A stretch of DNA of 64,000 nt from Patescibacteria group bacterium (GCA_013387205.1 WARV01000009.1:667-64666); one strand, 5' to 3'; numbered from the stretch's first letter, positions 27,085 through 37,400 are shown. Translations and numbers: made by a program. The notes: generated from the letters alone by a model not told the origin.

Positions 27085-27804
27085 CTAGCGCGACAACTTC
27101 ATAAATACCTCTTCCAGGTTAGCGGCCTGGTATTTTGTTTTTAAATCATGTGATGTTCCGACTTCCATAAGGCAGCCCTTTTCAATAATCCCGACACGGT
27201 CGGACAAGAATTCTATTTCCAGCATGTTGTGGGACGAAAGCAAAACAGCCATTCCCTGCCCGGCCAGCTCGCGGATGGTTTTGCGTATTTCCAATCCGTT
27301 AATGATATCCAGGCCCGAGGTCGGCTCGTCTAAAATTGCCAGCTTAGGCCGGCTCATGACAGTGCGCGCCAGCAGCAGTTTCCTTGTCATGCCTTTGCTG
27401 TAAGTTTTTATTTTGTCTTTCAGCCTGTCCTTAAGGCCAGTTACCTCGCCGCCGAAGTCTACGAATTCTTTCTGTTTTTTTTGGTCGTCGTTATAAATTG
27501 CGGCCATGAATTCCAAGTATTCTTTGCCGCTTAAATTTTTGTAGGCACCTGCCTCTTCCGGCAAATAGCTAATAATTTTTCTGACTTCGTCCGGCTGCTT
27601 TATCAAGTCCTGGCCGTATATTTCAGCCTTGCCGGAAGTCGGGGTCAAGATAGTGGCCAGCATTTTTAAGGTGGTGGATTTCCCGGCACCGTTCGGGCCA
27701 ATGAGCGCGAAAATTTCTTTTTCAGCCACAGCAAAATTAATGCCTTTTACGGCCTCAAATTTGCCATAGCTCTTTTTTAAATTTTCTACGTTAAGGGCAA
27801 ACAT
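27085..27804 (-). CDS. ABC transporter ATP-binding protein
   Basis: Walker A GPNGAGKST, an ABC-signature-like YSKGMTRKLLLAR, Walker B AILDEPTSGLD and an H-loop. Confidence 0.9.
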   Translation of the reverse strand: MFALNVENLKKSYGKFEAVKGINFAVAEKEIFALIGPNGAGKSTTLKMLATILTPTSGKAEIYGQDLIKQPDEVRKIISYLPEEAGAYKNLSGKEYLEFMAAIYNDDQKKQKEFVDFGGEVTGLKDRLKDKIKTYSKGMTRKLLLARTVMSRPKLAILDEPTSGLDIINGLEIRKTIRELAGQGMAVLLSSHNMLEIEFLSDRVGIIEKGCLMEVGTSHDLKTKYQAANLEEVFMKLSR

Positions 27805-27993
27805 ATCTTTATATCGGATTTTTCTATAATATTATATTCCGTATATTAATTATAACCATTTTTTTATCTCTGAATCAAGTTGTTGTTTTGGGTTTCAATG
27901 CATGTTGGAACTAAGTCTGTGGGGGAAGCTGTATTTGATATTTTATAATTCGATTTTCCGTTAAAATAGTAACATAATTTTAAAAGTAATAAT

Positions 27994-28030
27994 AACGGCT
28001 AAAACGTAGATTTATTACGTTTTAGCCGTT
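27994..28030. terminator. conserved-stem hairpin family copy 1 (AACGGCTAAAACGTA-GATTTAT-TACGTTTTAGCCGTT)
   Basis: Lies downstream of the minus-strand wHTH gene. The same stem sequence recurs 8 more times in the window. Confidence 0.6.
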
Positions 28031-28085
28031 AATTTTACCTATAACCACCTCCCAACAAACTTGAGAATGTTGGGATGTTATTGGG

Positions 28086-28436
28086 TTAGATTTTGGTGTA
28101 TTTGACAGAGCGGCCTTCGGCGCCGACCTGCTTGAGTTTGCCTTCGTTTTCCAGCTCCTGCAGGTAATTGGTCGCCGTGGCATCGCTGACATTCAGCAGC
28201 TTTTGCACATCGTCATTGGAGATTTCATCCTGGCTCCCAGCCATCTCCATAATTTTATTTTTGCCCGCCACTTTCTCCTGCTGTCTTTTTTCATTAACGG
28301 CATCAAGCCTTGCGTTATTCTCTACCTTTCCGGCGTCATTCTGAGACGCAGGCGAAGAATCTCTCTTTCTTCTCATCACTAACACAATCACAATCACTGC
28401 CAACACTATTGTCACAAAGTATATCATTAAATCCAT
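28086..28436 (-). CDS. membrane-anchored winged-HTH protein
   Basis: An N-terminal TM (MDLMIYFVTIVLAVIVIVLV) and a C-terminal wHTH (DVQKLLNVSDATATNYLQELENEGKLKQVG). Start set at the Met at 28436. Confidence 0.5.
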   Translation of the reverse strand: MDLMIYFVTIVLAVIVIVLVMRRKRDSSPASQNDAGKVENNARLDAVNEKRQQEKVAGKNKIMEMAGSQDEISNDDVQKLLNVSDATATNYLQELENEGKLKQVGAEGRSVKYTKI

Positions 28437-28452
28437 ATTTTTGTTTTTTATG

Positions 28453-28869
28453 TTAATTGTTATTTTTATGGTATTCAAGAAAGAATCTTCCTAACTCTGA
28501 ATTGAGCTTCCTTATCCATTCGACAGTTGAGGTTTCTTTATAAAAATTTTCAAAACGTTTATCATTATATTCATGCTTCCTTGGGTAATGAAAAGTTGCA
28601 TTACGATAATGTCTTAATAAATCAGTATTTTTGGATTTTAGCAACATATCAATAGCATCGTCCTTTAATTTGAGGTCCTTCCACCCTTCCACAACCACAT
28701 AAAGCAAACCATACCATACTGACATATATATCATCCATTCAATCTCAATCCCATGTTCATCAATCTCATTATTCATGTGCTTTCCCAAAATGTCATCAAA
28801 ATGAACTCGCATCCTGTTAGCCCAAATAAAATATCGATGAAGAATATTAATAGGATCGTCAGGCCTCAC
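28453..28869 (-). CDS. hypothetical protein with HEPN-like Rx4H motif (LRHYRNATFHY)
   Basis: 138 aa, helical, with the motif near the C-terminal third. It sits immediately upstream of the wHTH gene. Confidence 0.4.
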   Translation of the reverse strand: MRPDDPINILHRYFIWANRMRVHFDDILGKHMNNEIDEHGIEIEWMIYMSVWYGLLYVVVEGWKDLKLKDDAIDMLLKSKNTDLLRHYRNATFHYPRKHEYNDKRFENFYKETSTVEWIRKLNSELGRFFLEYHKNNN

Positions 28870-28963
28870 ATGTTTTTTACTTCTACTGACTTTCTTGTTG
28901 AATAGGTCATTTTTTAATGAATAAATAATGAGAAAAAGGTGTCAGGTATTTTTTTGCCCAAGT

Positions 28964-30190
28964 TTAGTTAGCCTGGCTATTTATTTTATCTCTTGTCACT
29001 TTATCTAAAATACCAGTTTGTTTTAATTTTTGAGATTTCTGATATTTCTTTAAAGCATCCCGTGTTGTTGCGCCAAAAATACCATATATTGTCGGTTTTT
29101 TGATTTTTAGTAATTGTTTAACCTCCAAAAAGTTTTGTAAAATTTCAACATCAGTGCCTTTGCTCCCCATCTTTAAATCTTGAGTAAAGTTGTATGAACC
29201 GGTTTTTATACCCAATACCTGGCTGGCTTGAATATTATTATTTGATATCTCCGGAACACACAAAGTTTTACTCTCATTTAATACAAAACCACCACTGCAA
29301 CTACAATTTTCATATGCTGAACCTATAGCCTGAAAATCATTGTTCTTTACTAAAGCGTTAGATCCCAACTCACGTATACAATAAGCAGCACGTGAAATAC
29401 AACTATTAGTTTTAGTATCAAAAATAGTTAATGAGTCACAAGCAAGATATATTGAAATACAACTACTCCTGTCTTTATTCCAAGTAAAATTTGTATCGCA
29501 AATGCATTGATTAGCTCCATAAGATTTGGCACCTAAACCATATTGGCTCTTACAAGTCTGATCTAAAGTAACACAAGTATTGTTTGTTTTATCAAAATAA
29601 TATCCATCATTACAGACACATTGATTTAAACTATCCACCTTAGCATTATATCCATATAAATTTTTACAATACTGGTCCATTGAAATGCAATATGTCTTAT
29701 CGGAATTAAAAACGTAACCATCACCACATTTACATTGTGTTAGTCCATAAGATTTAGCATTTCCAAATTGCCTTTGGCATGATTCATCAGTGGAAAAAAT
29801 GGAAGAATTATTTGATTGATAATCATAACCAGAACCAGAATTACTAGAATAACCCGGTAATGAATAGTTATATGAATTGTTATAACTGGGCGAACTATAG
29901 TTATAATTAAAATTTGTTCCTAAACTGCCACTGCTATTGTTATAGTAATTTTTCAGATAAGTATCGGAGTTGCCATCCGCAGTTTTTCCCGTATAAGGGT
30001 TAGTATTCCCGGGATAACTCCAATTATTATATGGATTACCATCGGGAGCTGAACGATAGTGGGGTTGTACATATGTTCCATTTTTTCTATAGTAACCATT
30101 TACATGAACACTTCCTCGAGCTTCAGTAAAATTGAAAAAACCAACACTAAAAATCGCGGCTAATAAAAATGCAGCTATGATTTTTTTCAT
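28964..30190 (-). CDS. secreted Cys-rich repeat protein with C-terminal peptidoglycan-binding domain
   Basis: Signal peptide, an N/S/Y-rich region and five CxCxDGYxFxxxxxxC..DQxCKxxYG repeats. The C-terminus GSKGTDVEILQNFL ... ALKKYQKSQKLKQTGILD is PG_binding_1-like. Confidence 0.65.
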   Translation of the reverse strand: MKKIIAAFLLAAIFSVGFFNFTEARGSVHVNGYYRKNGTYVQPHYRSAPDGNPYNNWSYPGNTNPYTGKTADGNSDTYLKNYYNNSSGSLGTNFNYNYSSPSYNNSYNYSLPGYSSNSGSGYDYQSNNSSIFSTDESCQRQFGNAKSYGLTQCKCGDGYVFNSDKTYCISMDQYCKNLYGYNAKVDSLNQCVCNDGYYFDKTNNTCVTLDQTCKSQYGLGAKSYGANQCICDTNFTWNKDRSSCISIYLACDSLTIFDTKTNSCISRAAYCIRELGSNALVKNNDFQAIGSAYENCSCSGGFVLNESKTLCVPEISNNNIQASQVLGIKTGSYNFTQDLKMGSKGTDVEILQNFLEVKQLLKIKKPTIYGIFGATTRDALKKYQKSQKLKQTGILDKVTRDKINSQAN

Positions 30191-30205
30191 ATGTTTCTGT
30201 TTTAA

Positions 30206-30646
30206 TTATTTTGCTTTGCAAGAATTTCCCACTTTCCTATAACCATAATTGCAATACCAAGTTGAGCCGGAAACATAGGCATTTTTTGGAGCAATGACTT
30301 TCTTACAGACTTTGCCTACTTTTTTATATCCTGAGTCGCAACTAAAACCTATTCCGGAAGCAGAGGTATTGGCATTTTCAGGAACTTTCTTTAAGGCACA
30401 GTTATAGCAGTCTTTATAATAACCGCTGGGCGGGTAGATTACGCCGCCGCTTTTTGGGTAAGTCGGATACAAACAAGGATGTCCGGCATCACCACAAGTA
30501 TACGAACCGCTATCGGAAGGGCAAGAATGCCAGCGGTGACAGCCAGACCTATGAGCAGAGGCATAATCAAAAATAATAAAGCTACCTAATAAGGTTAGTG
30601 TAATTACTACGATTCGTATTCGCCTTTTTAAACTTAAAATATCCAT
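30206..30646 (-). CDS. secreted Cys-rich small protein (paralogous repeat type)
   Basis: Signal peptide and repeated C..GY(K/R)KVG..CK units. Confidence 0.5.
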   Translation of the reverse strand: MDILSLKRRIRIVVITLTLLGSFIIFDYASAHRSGCHRWHSCPSDSGSYTCGDAGHPCLYPTYPKSGGVIYPPSGYYKDCYNCALKKVPENANTSASGIGFSCDSGYKKVGKVCKKVIAPKNAYVSGSTWYCNYGYRKVGNSCKAK

Positions 30647-30802
30647 ATCATCTTAAGCATATACCTAAGCCAAAAAATTGTAAATATGGCTTGTTTAAGA
30701 TGGATGGACTGAGGAGGGCGCCTTGAGCGATTTGCCCACTGCGGAGTGCAGAGAGCGCGTTTTAGACCAGTTATCTTTATGCCTTAAAATCATGTATTAA
30801 AA

Positions 30803-30839
30803 AACGGCTAAAACCTAAGAAATTTACGTCTTAGCCGTT
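30803..30839. terminator. conserved-stem hairpin family copy 2
   Basis: AACGGCTAAAACCTAAGAAATTTACGTCTTAGCCGTT, downstream of the giant surface-protein gene. Confidence 0.6.
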
Positions 30840-30976
30840 AGTGGTGTTAAATGCAATCTCATACAAAGTGTATTTGAAAAAAGGATAATAAAAAAAGCCC
30901 CAAAGTTTCCCTTGAGGCCCGAGGCTTGTATTGAGCTAAGTGTGAGAATGGTAACCGCAGGTCTTACTACCGCCTG

Positions 30977-33900
30977 CTAGTTTACCGTGAAAGCACTGGA
31001 ATAAGCTGTTCCGTAGGCAGTTTGTAGCTTGATCTGCCAGCTACCGGTGCTAAGCAATATATTGATGATTCGGATGGTGTTCAGAGACTGGATGGTGAGT
31101 CCAGCAACACCGTTCGTTCCACCGTCATTCGGATAGCAGGTGTTGGTGCCACTGACGCAGAACCACACCTTTGTGCTTGGTGTAAAACCCGTGCCGTAGA
31201 TGTACCCTGAGAACTGGACACCACCCACTGGCTGATTGTCCCAGTAGTAGCCCCCTGTTCCAGAATTGATCGTTGGCGCCACGCCGTTGACCGTAACACT
31301 GCAACTATTGGAAGTAGTGGTATTGCTGCTGTCCTTAACGGTAACGTTGTAGGTGAATGTTCCAGCGTCGTTTGGCAATACAGTAGCGCTGTTGCTTGAC
31401 TGGTAAGATCCTCCGTTGAGGCTGTACAGATAACCGCCAGTGCCGCCTGTTGCGTTCCCAATAAGGGACGAGCCGTTTCCTAAGTTAACAGGATTCGGCG
31501 ACAGGTAGCAGCTTACGGAAAGCGGAGCAGGAGGCGGCGCTGTCACGGTCAAGGTCGGATAGAGGTATTGGTCAACCCCTCCGCCCTGAGCGTGTAGCGT
31601 TAATGTGTAAGTCCCTGTTGGGGTAGATCCAGTAGTCTGCAAAGTCAGGGTAAAACTTGCCCCGCTTGTTGGACCGATGGAAAATACCAAAGACGAAGGA
31701 CTGGCAATTGTGGTATTTGCAGGTAAACCGGAAACAAATACTGTCACCTGATAGGTAAAGTTGTTGACGGGTGTAAGGTTTAAGTCAAACCCGACAGAAT
31801 CTCCAGCCTGTGCAGACTTGTTTCCGTTGAGCATGGTAAAAGTGTAAGTCGGAGTTGGAGTACTAGCCAGATTCACCGCAAAACTCACTGTTCCGCCAGC
31901 AGACAGGGTCTGGGTGGCAGCAGGAGTGATGGAATTGATGGTGTAGCCAGAAGGAGCCGTGCAGGACAAGGTGTAACTGCCTGCAGCCTGGCTGTTCAAG
32001 GTCGCCGGTGCCGAAATGTTCGTACCGTTAAGCGTACAACTAACCGTTCCTGCATAACCGCTGACTGTGACATTGACGGTGCCGGCGGAGGAAGACTGAC
32101 CCCCACTATATAGATTCGCAATCTCAGCCACGCTCAAAACCCGGCTGAAAATTGCAAGGTCGTCTAGCAAACCATCGAAACTGCGGTAAGCGCTGTTAAC
32201 ATACCAGCTACCGAGCAAGACGTTGGAAAGATCCAAAGATGGAGTGGTGGTAAAGGTGTTGGTTTTGTCCAAAACCCCATCAATGTAATACTTTATGGTC
32301 TTGTTGTTGACATCTATTGTGGTGGCAACATGGTGCCAGTTCTGGTCACTGATGGCAGAAGACACATAGTTTACGTCCCAACCTGGGTCAGGAATTCCAT
32401 ACACATACGAGCTTAGCCTGTCATTGTAGTAACCGACACGCGTGGTCATCATGAAAGCAAACTGGCCATTTGAACCAAAGCCGTTAGAACCAAACATGGC
32501 CCTATCCGTGTGGACAGTGGTAAAAGAAGTGGGCTTTATCCAGGCCGTGATTGTCACGGCATTGTTCCCAGTTCCATTGACGTCTCCAACGGTAATACGG
32601 CTATTGGAAGCATTGGAAAGCAATGCTCCTTGGCCGAACTTACCATAGCTGGTGCCATAGGTTACACTGGTGTCATTGCCGTTATGTCCGCCTTTGATAT
32701 CATTACTGTTTCCTTCAAAGCGGTAGTAAGCAAGCAGGTTCGGGTCATTGTAGAGCGAGGTGGAGAAGAGCTCGGTGGGACCGGAAGGCGCAGCCGTGAC
32801 GGTAAATGCATTGGAAAGATTGGACCATGTACCTGTACCGTTGCGTACCTTCACTTTCCAATCACCAGCAGAAAGGTTAATGCTAGAAATTACCGCTTGA
32901 CTGCCATCGATATTGGCAGCGACGGTAATTCCCGCGGGTTGCTGGTAGCAAGTGGTGTATCCGGGATCCTGGCAAAACCACACTTGTAGATTGCCAGGAA
33001 CTTGGTCAAAGTTGAGTCCGCTGACAATTCCATCGAAAGGAGTTCCAGCGGTAGCGGAACTGCTTGTGACGCCGAAAAGGTTGACAGAAGGCTGGCCGAG
33101 TTGGATTTGGTTGACACAGGTTGTGTGGGTTTGGTTACCCAGAGAGTCTGTGACATACAAATCCACGCCTGACAAGTATCCACCGTTGGTATAAGTGGTG
33201 GTGACCGAATTTCCTGTTCCGACAGCGCCGTTCTCCCAACTTATGGAGTGAGAAGATGAGCCACCGGAGACGGTAGCCGTGTAGGTCACTGGCGTATTAA
33301 CTGAAAGGATGCTGCTGTTCGGAGAGCATACCGCAGTCAACGAAGGGTTAATGACGAGGTTTTGGCTATTAGACAAAGACCCGCCAGGCCCGTTCCTTAA
33401 CTGAAACTGGTATGTATCCGCTTGCAACGGAGCAGTAAAACTGCCGACATAAGAAGTGGTCGTGGCATCGATCTTAGTTCCAAGACACCCGTTTGAACAT
33501 CCAGGTCCATAAATTAGACCTTGTATGTTCGCAGGATCCACAGAGCTAGCAGTGGCATACACATTGAAATTGTTGCCAACTGTCATGCCGCCAGATACTC
33601 CAACTGCGTTAATAGTGGGGGTGGTACTGGTTGGTGTCCCGCTATACAAATTCGCAATCTCAGCGTCTGTTGGCATGCGGTTAAAGAACGCGACGTCATC
33701 CATGTAACCGTTCCAGTACCGGTAGTTGTTAGTGGCGAATACCCCCAAGCTAGTAGGGGCGCCCGTTGCTATGCTTTCGGTATTGGTGAAGGTTGCCGAA
33801 TTATCGAGTACGCCGTTGATGTAGATCTTGGTAACACCGGTGGTAGCGTTGTAGGCTACGTCCCACATGTACCAAGTATTGGTTGTCAAGGTGGTGTTGG

Positions 33901-35545
33901 TCGATGATAAAACATTTGCTTTTGTATCGTAAAGCTCCAGATGGAGCTTGAATTGCGTCGCTGAAGTTCCTCTGATGTGCCAGAAAAGCTGCCCCAACGT
34001 GGACCACGTAGGCGAAGACCATATGGTTTCGTCGTAAGGGTAGCCTGGGGCAACAAGGACGTTAAACCATCCGTGTATCCAGAGGATGTTACCGCTGGGA
34101 GGTATTGCCGATAAGCCAAGGGCGATATTGGAAGAATTGCCGTTGAAGAGCGCCCCCTGCCCAAATTTCCCATAGCTTGAACCGTACGCCATGTTGGTGT
34201 CGCTGCCGTTGTGGCCGCCTTTGGTATCGTTACTGTTTCCTTCAAAGCGGTAGTAAGCAAGCAAGCTCGGGTCAGTGTAGAGCGAGGTGGAGAAGAGCTC
34301 GGTGGGGCCGGAACCACCCGGAACAGGCGGCTCAATTGCCTGGATGGTTAATGTGGAAGAGGGAGTAGCGCCCACACTACCGTTATTATCCTGAAAAACC
34401 GTTTGAAGTTTTGCAGAATAAGTACCAAGCGGTGTTTGAGAAGGTACGTAGATGAGACTCTTAGCTGGTACAGTGGCGTTGGCCGACAGCACTTTATTGC
34501 CGTCTGAAAATGAGAGTATACTAGCTGGTGTTGATACTACGTTTCCTTGAGCGGTTCCTGCAAAGTTTAGCATGCTCTGTAGGTTAAACGGAATTTCTCC
34601 CATACCACCTTGAGTAATGGAAATAGAAGATGGAACCGATGTTAGGTTTACTTTGGGATTTGTAGTTGAAATTCCTGCTGCAGAAATGTTGTTATCCGGG
34701 GTATTGGCCGTGTTAGTTAGCCATTGAATTGGGTCAGTAAAGCCATATGTCTCCTGCCAGGTCGATTTGGTCTGAGGTATATAGTCAGTATCGTACCCTA
34801 AGCCCAATTTTTGATTAACCATTGGTATTGAAGGGAAGTTGGGATTAGTATTTGGAACAAAAATCCCTAAATGTAAATGCCTTGCGTTTGCTCCTTCCCA
34901 ATCTCCAATCAGTGCAAATGGTTGCCCAGCGACAATTGGATCATTAAGTTGAAACGGCAGTTTCGTAACAATATTGTAATCCAGTACGTGGCCGTAAACA
35001 CCCCAGAAGAAGTTGTTACTGCCTGCGATTTTGTGTTTAACTAAAATCGCAACGTTGTACTTTCTTATTCCAACACCGCAATTGGGATCTTTCCACTGTA
35101 CCAGATCTTTCATGGTTTCGCATTTTGTTGTGCCCCAATTAGCCAAATCCGTAGATACGTAACCGGACTGGTTGAAGTACCCAGGTGTTGGCGAAGCATC
35201 ACCGCTGATACCTTTACTAACATTAGTAACTATACCATCGGCAATTGCATAGACCGAGTGCCCTATACCATTAGGCGTACCATCTGTGTAGGTAGGGCTG
35301 CTTACAAGCATATCCTGACCCGTGTGATAGAGCTTGGGCCTGTAGCAACCGTGGCCGGTTCCGCCCGGACTTCGCGACAACCAATCACTACATCCATTTT
35401 GATTTCGTGTCGCATCTGCTCCCGCAGGGTTGTAGTAACCAGTTGCACTGACTTGAGTGTGACCAAAGACTTGGTCAAATGCGGACTGTGCTTGAGCCAA
35501 GCCCACAAAGATAACAACCGTGGTCAATAAAATCAACTTTCTCAT
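30977..35545 (-). CDS. giant secreted multidomain surface protein: N-terminal M23 peptidase-like domain, Ig-like/beta-rich regions, two LamG (concanavalin A-like) domains
   Basis: Signal peptide MRKLILLTTVVIFVGLAQA. M23 motifs HTGQD (HxxxD) and ARHLHLGIF (HxH). Two copies of ELFSTSLY(T/N)DP(S/N)LLAYYRFEGNSND(T/I)KGGHNG, typical of Laminin_G_3 starts. Start set at 35545, preceded by the SD AAGAGGAAAAG. Confidence 0.7.
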   Translation of the reverse strand: MRKLILLTTVVIFVGLAQAQSAFDQVFGHTQVSATGYYNPAGADATRNQNGCSDWLSRSPGGTGHGCYRPKLYHTGQDMLVSSPTYTDGTPNGIGHSVYAIADGIVTNVSKGISGDASPTPGYFNQSGYVSTDLANWGTTKCETMKDLVQWKDPNCGVGIRKYNVAILVKHKIAGSNNFFWGVYGHVLDYNIVTKLPFQLNDPIVAGQPFALIGDWEGANARHLHLGIFVPNTNPNFPSIPMVNQKLGLGYDTDYIPQTKSTWQETYGFTDPIQWLTNTANTPDNNISAAGISTTNPKVNLTSVPSSISITQGGMGEIPFNLQSMLNFAGTAQGNVVSTPASILSFSDGNKVLSANATVPAKSLIYVPSQTPLGTYSAKLQTVFQDNNGSVGATPSSTLTIQAIEPPVPGGSGPTELFSTSLYTDPSLLAYYRFEGNSNDTKGGHNGSDTNMAYGSSYGKFGQGALFNGNSSNIALGLSAIPPSGNILWIHGWFNVLVAPGYPYDETIWSSPTWSTLGQLFWHIRGTSATQFKLHLELYDTKANVLSSTNTTLTTNTWYMWDVAYNATTGVTKIYINGVLDNSATFTNTESIATGAPTSLGVFATNNYRYWNGYMDDVAFFNRMPTDAEIANLYSGTPTSTTPTINAVGVSGGMTVGNNFNVYATASSVDPANIQGLIYGPGCSNGCLGTKIDATTTSYVGSFTAPLQADTYQFQLRNGPGGSLSNSQNLVINPSLTAVCSPNSSILSVNTPVTYTATVSGGSSSHSISWENGAVGTGNSVTTTYTNGGYLSGVDLYVTDSLGNQTHTTCVNQIQLGQPSVNLFGVTSSSATAGTPFDGIVSGLNFDQVPGNLQVWFCQDPGYTTCYQQPAGITVAANIDGSQAVISSINLSAGDWKVKVRNGTGTWSNLSNAFTVTAAPSGPTELFSTSLYNDPNLLAYYRFEGNSNDIKGGHNGNDTSVTYGTSYGKFGQGALLSNASNSRITVGDVNGTGNNAVTITAWIKPTSFTTVHTDRAMFGSNGFGSNGQFAFMMTTRVGYYNDRLSSYVYGIPDPGWDVNYVSSAISDQNWHHVATTIDVNNKTIKYYIDGVLDKTNTFTTTPSLDLSNVLLGSWYVNSAYRSFDGLLDDLAIFSRVLSVAEIANLYSGGQSSSAGTVNVTVSGYAGTVSCTLNGTNISAPATLNSQAAGSYTLSCTAPSGYTINSITPAATQTLSAGGTVSFAVNLASTPTPTYTFTMLNGNKSAQAGDSVGFDLNLTPVNNFTYQVTVFVSGLPANTTIASPSSLVFSIGPTSGASFTLTLQTTGSTPTGTYTLTLHAQGGGVDQYLYPTLTVTAPPPAPLSVSCYLSPNPVNLGNGSSLIGNATGGTGGYLYSLNGGSYQSSNSATVLPNDAGTFTYNVTVKDSSNTTTSNSCSVTVNGVAPTINSGTGGYYWDNQPVGGVQFSGYIYGTGFTPSTKVWFCVSGTNTCYPNDGGTNGVAGLTIQSLNTIRIINILLSTGSWQIKLQTAYGTAYSSAFTVN

Positions 35546-35700
35546 ACTTTTCCTCTTTTGCGTTGTGAAGGTGCTAATGGGTTTATACCCACGACTTGCC
35601 CATAAAATTATGAGCAAGATGATGGGAATAATATAAATGTGTGAATTGCGTAGTTGATATGGCTATGTTACAATAAAATACCATCAATAAGACTTAAAAT

Positions 35701-36198
35701 ATGATAAAAAAAATATTATTTTTTACATTTTTTTTAGGGTTGTTAGGGGCAGGCTGCAATAAAACTGAACCAATCAACAATTCACGAGAAACTTATACTA
35801 ACACCAAATACGGTTATAAAGTGGAGTATCCTTCTGGATATGTAGTTGATACATTTAAGACAACTGATGCAGGAGAAGACCTTCCTACAACTCCAGCACA
35901 AGCAGATTCTAACCCCGTAACAATAAGTAAGAATGGAAGTAAAAATTGGATCTCTATAAATGTATACATGGGGGCTTTGCCATTAACAGATGAGAATGTA
36001 GGAAAAGGTTTTGCCACCAACCCTACGGTAACAAAGATACAAGTTGCTAATTTACCAGGTTATAAATTGACATTTCCAGATACGCCATACGAGTTATACT
36101 TTGTCCAAAAATTTAACGGGCCACGTATTGGAATTAAAATACCTGTTAATAATTCCTTATCTGAAGATATGCTCAAAAGCTTTAGTTTTACCAATTGA
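35701..36198 (+). CDS. lipoprotein, hypothetical
   Basis: Lipobox LLGAGC after a hydrophobic leader. Confidence 0.55.
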   Translation: MIKKILFFTFFLGLLGAGCNKTEPINNSRETYTNTKYGYKVEYPSGYVVDTFKTTDAGEDLPTTPAQADSNPVTISKNGSKNWISINVYMGALPLTDENVGKGFATNPTVTKIQVANLPGYKLTFPDTPYELYFVQKFNGPRIGIKIPVNNSLSEDMLKSFSFTN

Positions 36199-36361
36199 TC
36201 CAAACTTTTTCAATTTTAGGCTCTTGTAAAAAATTTCAATATGAAACTAAAAATCCGCTTGTAAATATTCAGCGGATTTTTTAATTTTCCTCATAAATTA
36301 TACAGTTTTTATAATATTTGTCAAGATTATGCGGTTTTTTCAAAAAGGATATTAACAAAAC

Positions 36362-36397
36362 AACGGCTAAAACCCAGGAAATTTAGGTTTTAGCCGT
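36362..36397. terminator. conserved-stem hairpin family copy 3 (between convergent genes)
   Basis: AACGGCTAAAACCCAGGAAATTTAGGTTTTAGCCGTT. Confidence 0.6.
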
Positions 36398-36409
36398 TTA
36401 GGGAATTTA

Positions 36410-36955
36410 TTATTTTGAGGATTTGATTTCTTCGGCGATGGTGTTGGTCCAGGATTCGATTTCTTTCCAGTCGCGGAAGTCGCCTTCGGGCATATTTTGG
36501 CGGGCAGAGGGGATTTTTTGCACTATCCTGTAGACAAAGCCGACAAAGCCGGTCAATTTTTCCCCAAAAAGCGCGCCAAAGAAAACTTTGTGGCCGCGGG
36601 GTTTGACAAGGGCCTTTAGCCCATCTATCTCTTGAGGCATTACTGAGGTTTCAAGCAAATCGCGTCCCTTGGCGTCCGTCTTCTTGTCGCTTGTGGGTCC
36701 GCTGGAAAATAGCCACACAGGGCGAGTGGAAAGCAGGGCCTGGTTTTTGGAAACAAACTGTTTTGCCTGTTTCATCCAGCTGCCCATGAACACGGCGCTG
36801 CCAATAACAAACGCGTTATAGCTTTCTAAATTTTTTACTTCATCTACATTAATCACGTCCGCTTCCAGTCCATGCTCGTTGAGTTTTTTGCCAATATGTT
36901 CGGCAATCCCTTTGGTGGAACCATATTTGCTCGCATAGGCTACTAAAATTTTCAT
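36410..36955 (-). CDS. flavodoxin-like fold protein
   Basis: MKILVAYASKYGSTKGIAEHIG is the flavodoxin FMN-phosphate loop (T/S-x-T-G). 181 aa. Confidence 0.7.
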   Translation of the reverse strand: MKILVAYASKYGSTKGIAEHIGKKLNEHGLEADVINVDEVKNLESYNAFVIGSAVFMGSWMKQAKQFVSKNQALLSTRPVWLFSSGPTSDKKTDAKGRDLLETSVMPQEIDGLKALVKPRGHKVFFGALFGEKLTGFVGFVYRIVQKIPSARQNMPEGDFRDWKEIESWTNTIAEEIKSSK

Positions 36956-37046
36956 ATATTTATTTAATTAATTTAATATTGTTTTTAGTGGTACAGTTAT
37001 TATTAATGACTATATAAATTGTATCACCTTACATTTCCAACAAAAA

Positions 37047-37400
37047 TTAATTTTCACCCTTATCGCTTGGGATGTGGAATTTGTGCAGCAGGCGGTGGAT
37101 TATCGGTGCCAGCAGGACGCCTACTGAAACCAGGAACACGACGCCGGAGAATAGGGCGTAAAGGGAGGCGAATATTTTCCCCGCGTTTGTATTCAATTGG
37201 TTAACCGGTCCCATGCCGCCTAAAATCATTGCTGCATTCAAAGTGGAATCTATCCACGACATGCCTTCTAATAGTTTGTAGCCAAGGATGCCAATGAACC
37301 AGGACACTGCGACAAGCAGTAATGCGCTTGCGGCAAACCGCCCCATCCTGCGAATAAAAGCCCGCCTGGAAATTAAAGGTTGTTGATGATGTTCGAACAT
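37047..37400 (-). CDS. two-TM pore-loop channel-like protein with non-canonical filter (ILGGMGPV)
   Basis: Paralogous to the K+ channel at 59178: SWIDSTLNAAMILGGMGPV...TNAGKIFASLYALFSGV versus [40 protein letters not shown]. Confidence 0.5.
   Translation of the reverse strand: MFEHHQQPLISRRAFIRRMGRFAASALLLVAVSWFIGILGYKLLEGMSWIDSTLNAAMILGGMGPVNQLNTNAGKIFASLYALFSGVVFLVSVGVLLAPIIHRLLHKFHIPSDKGEN

Noticed and set aside
31081-34335. ORFs 31081-31461, 32510-32989, 32890-33183, 33521-33907 and 33886-34335 inside the giant surface-protein gene
   Set aside because: They lie entirely within, and in other frames or antisense to, a 4.6-kb ORF with clear domain content. They are treated as spurious.
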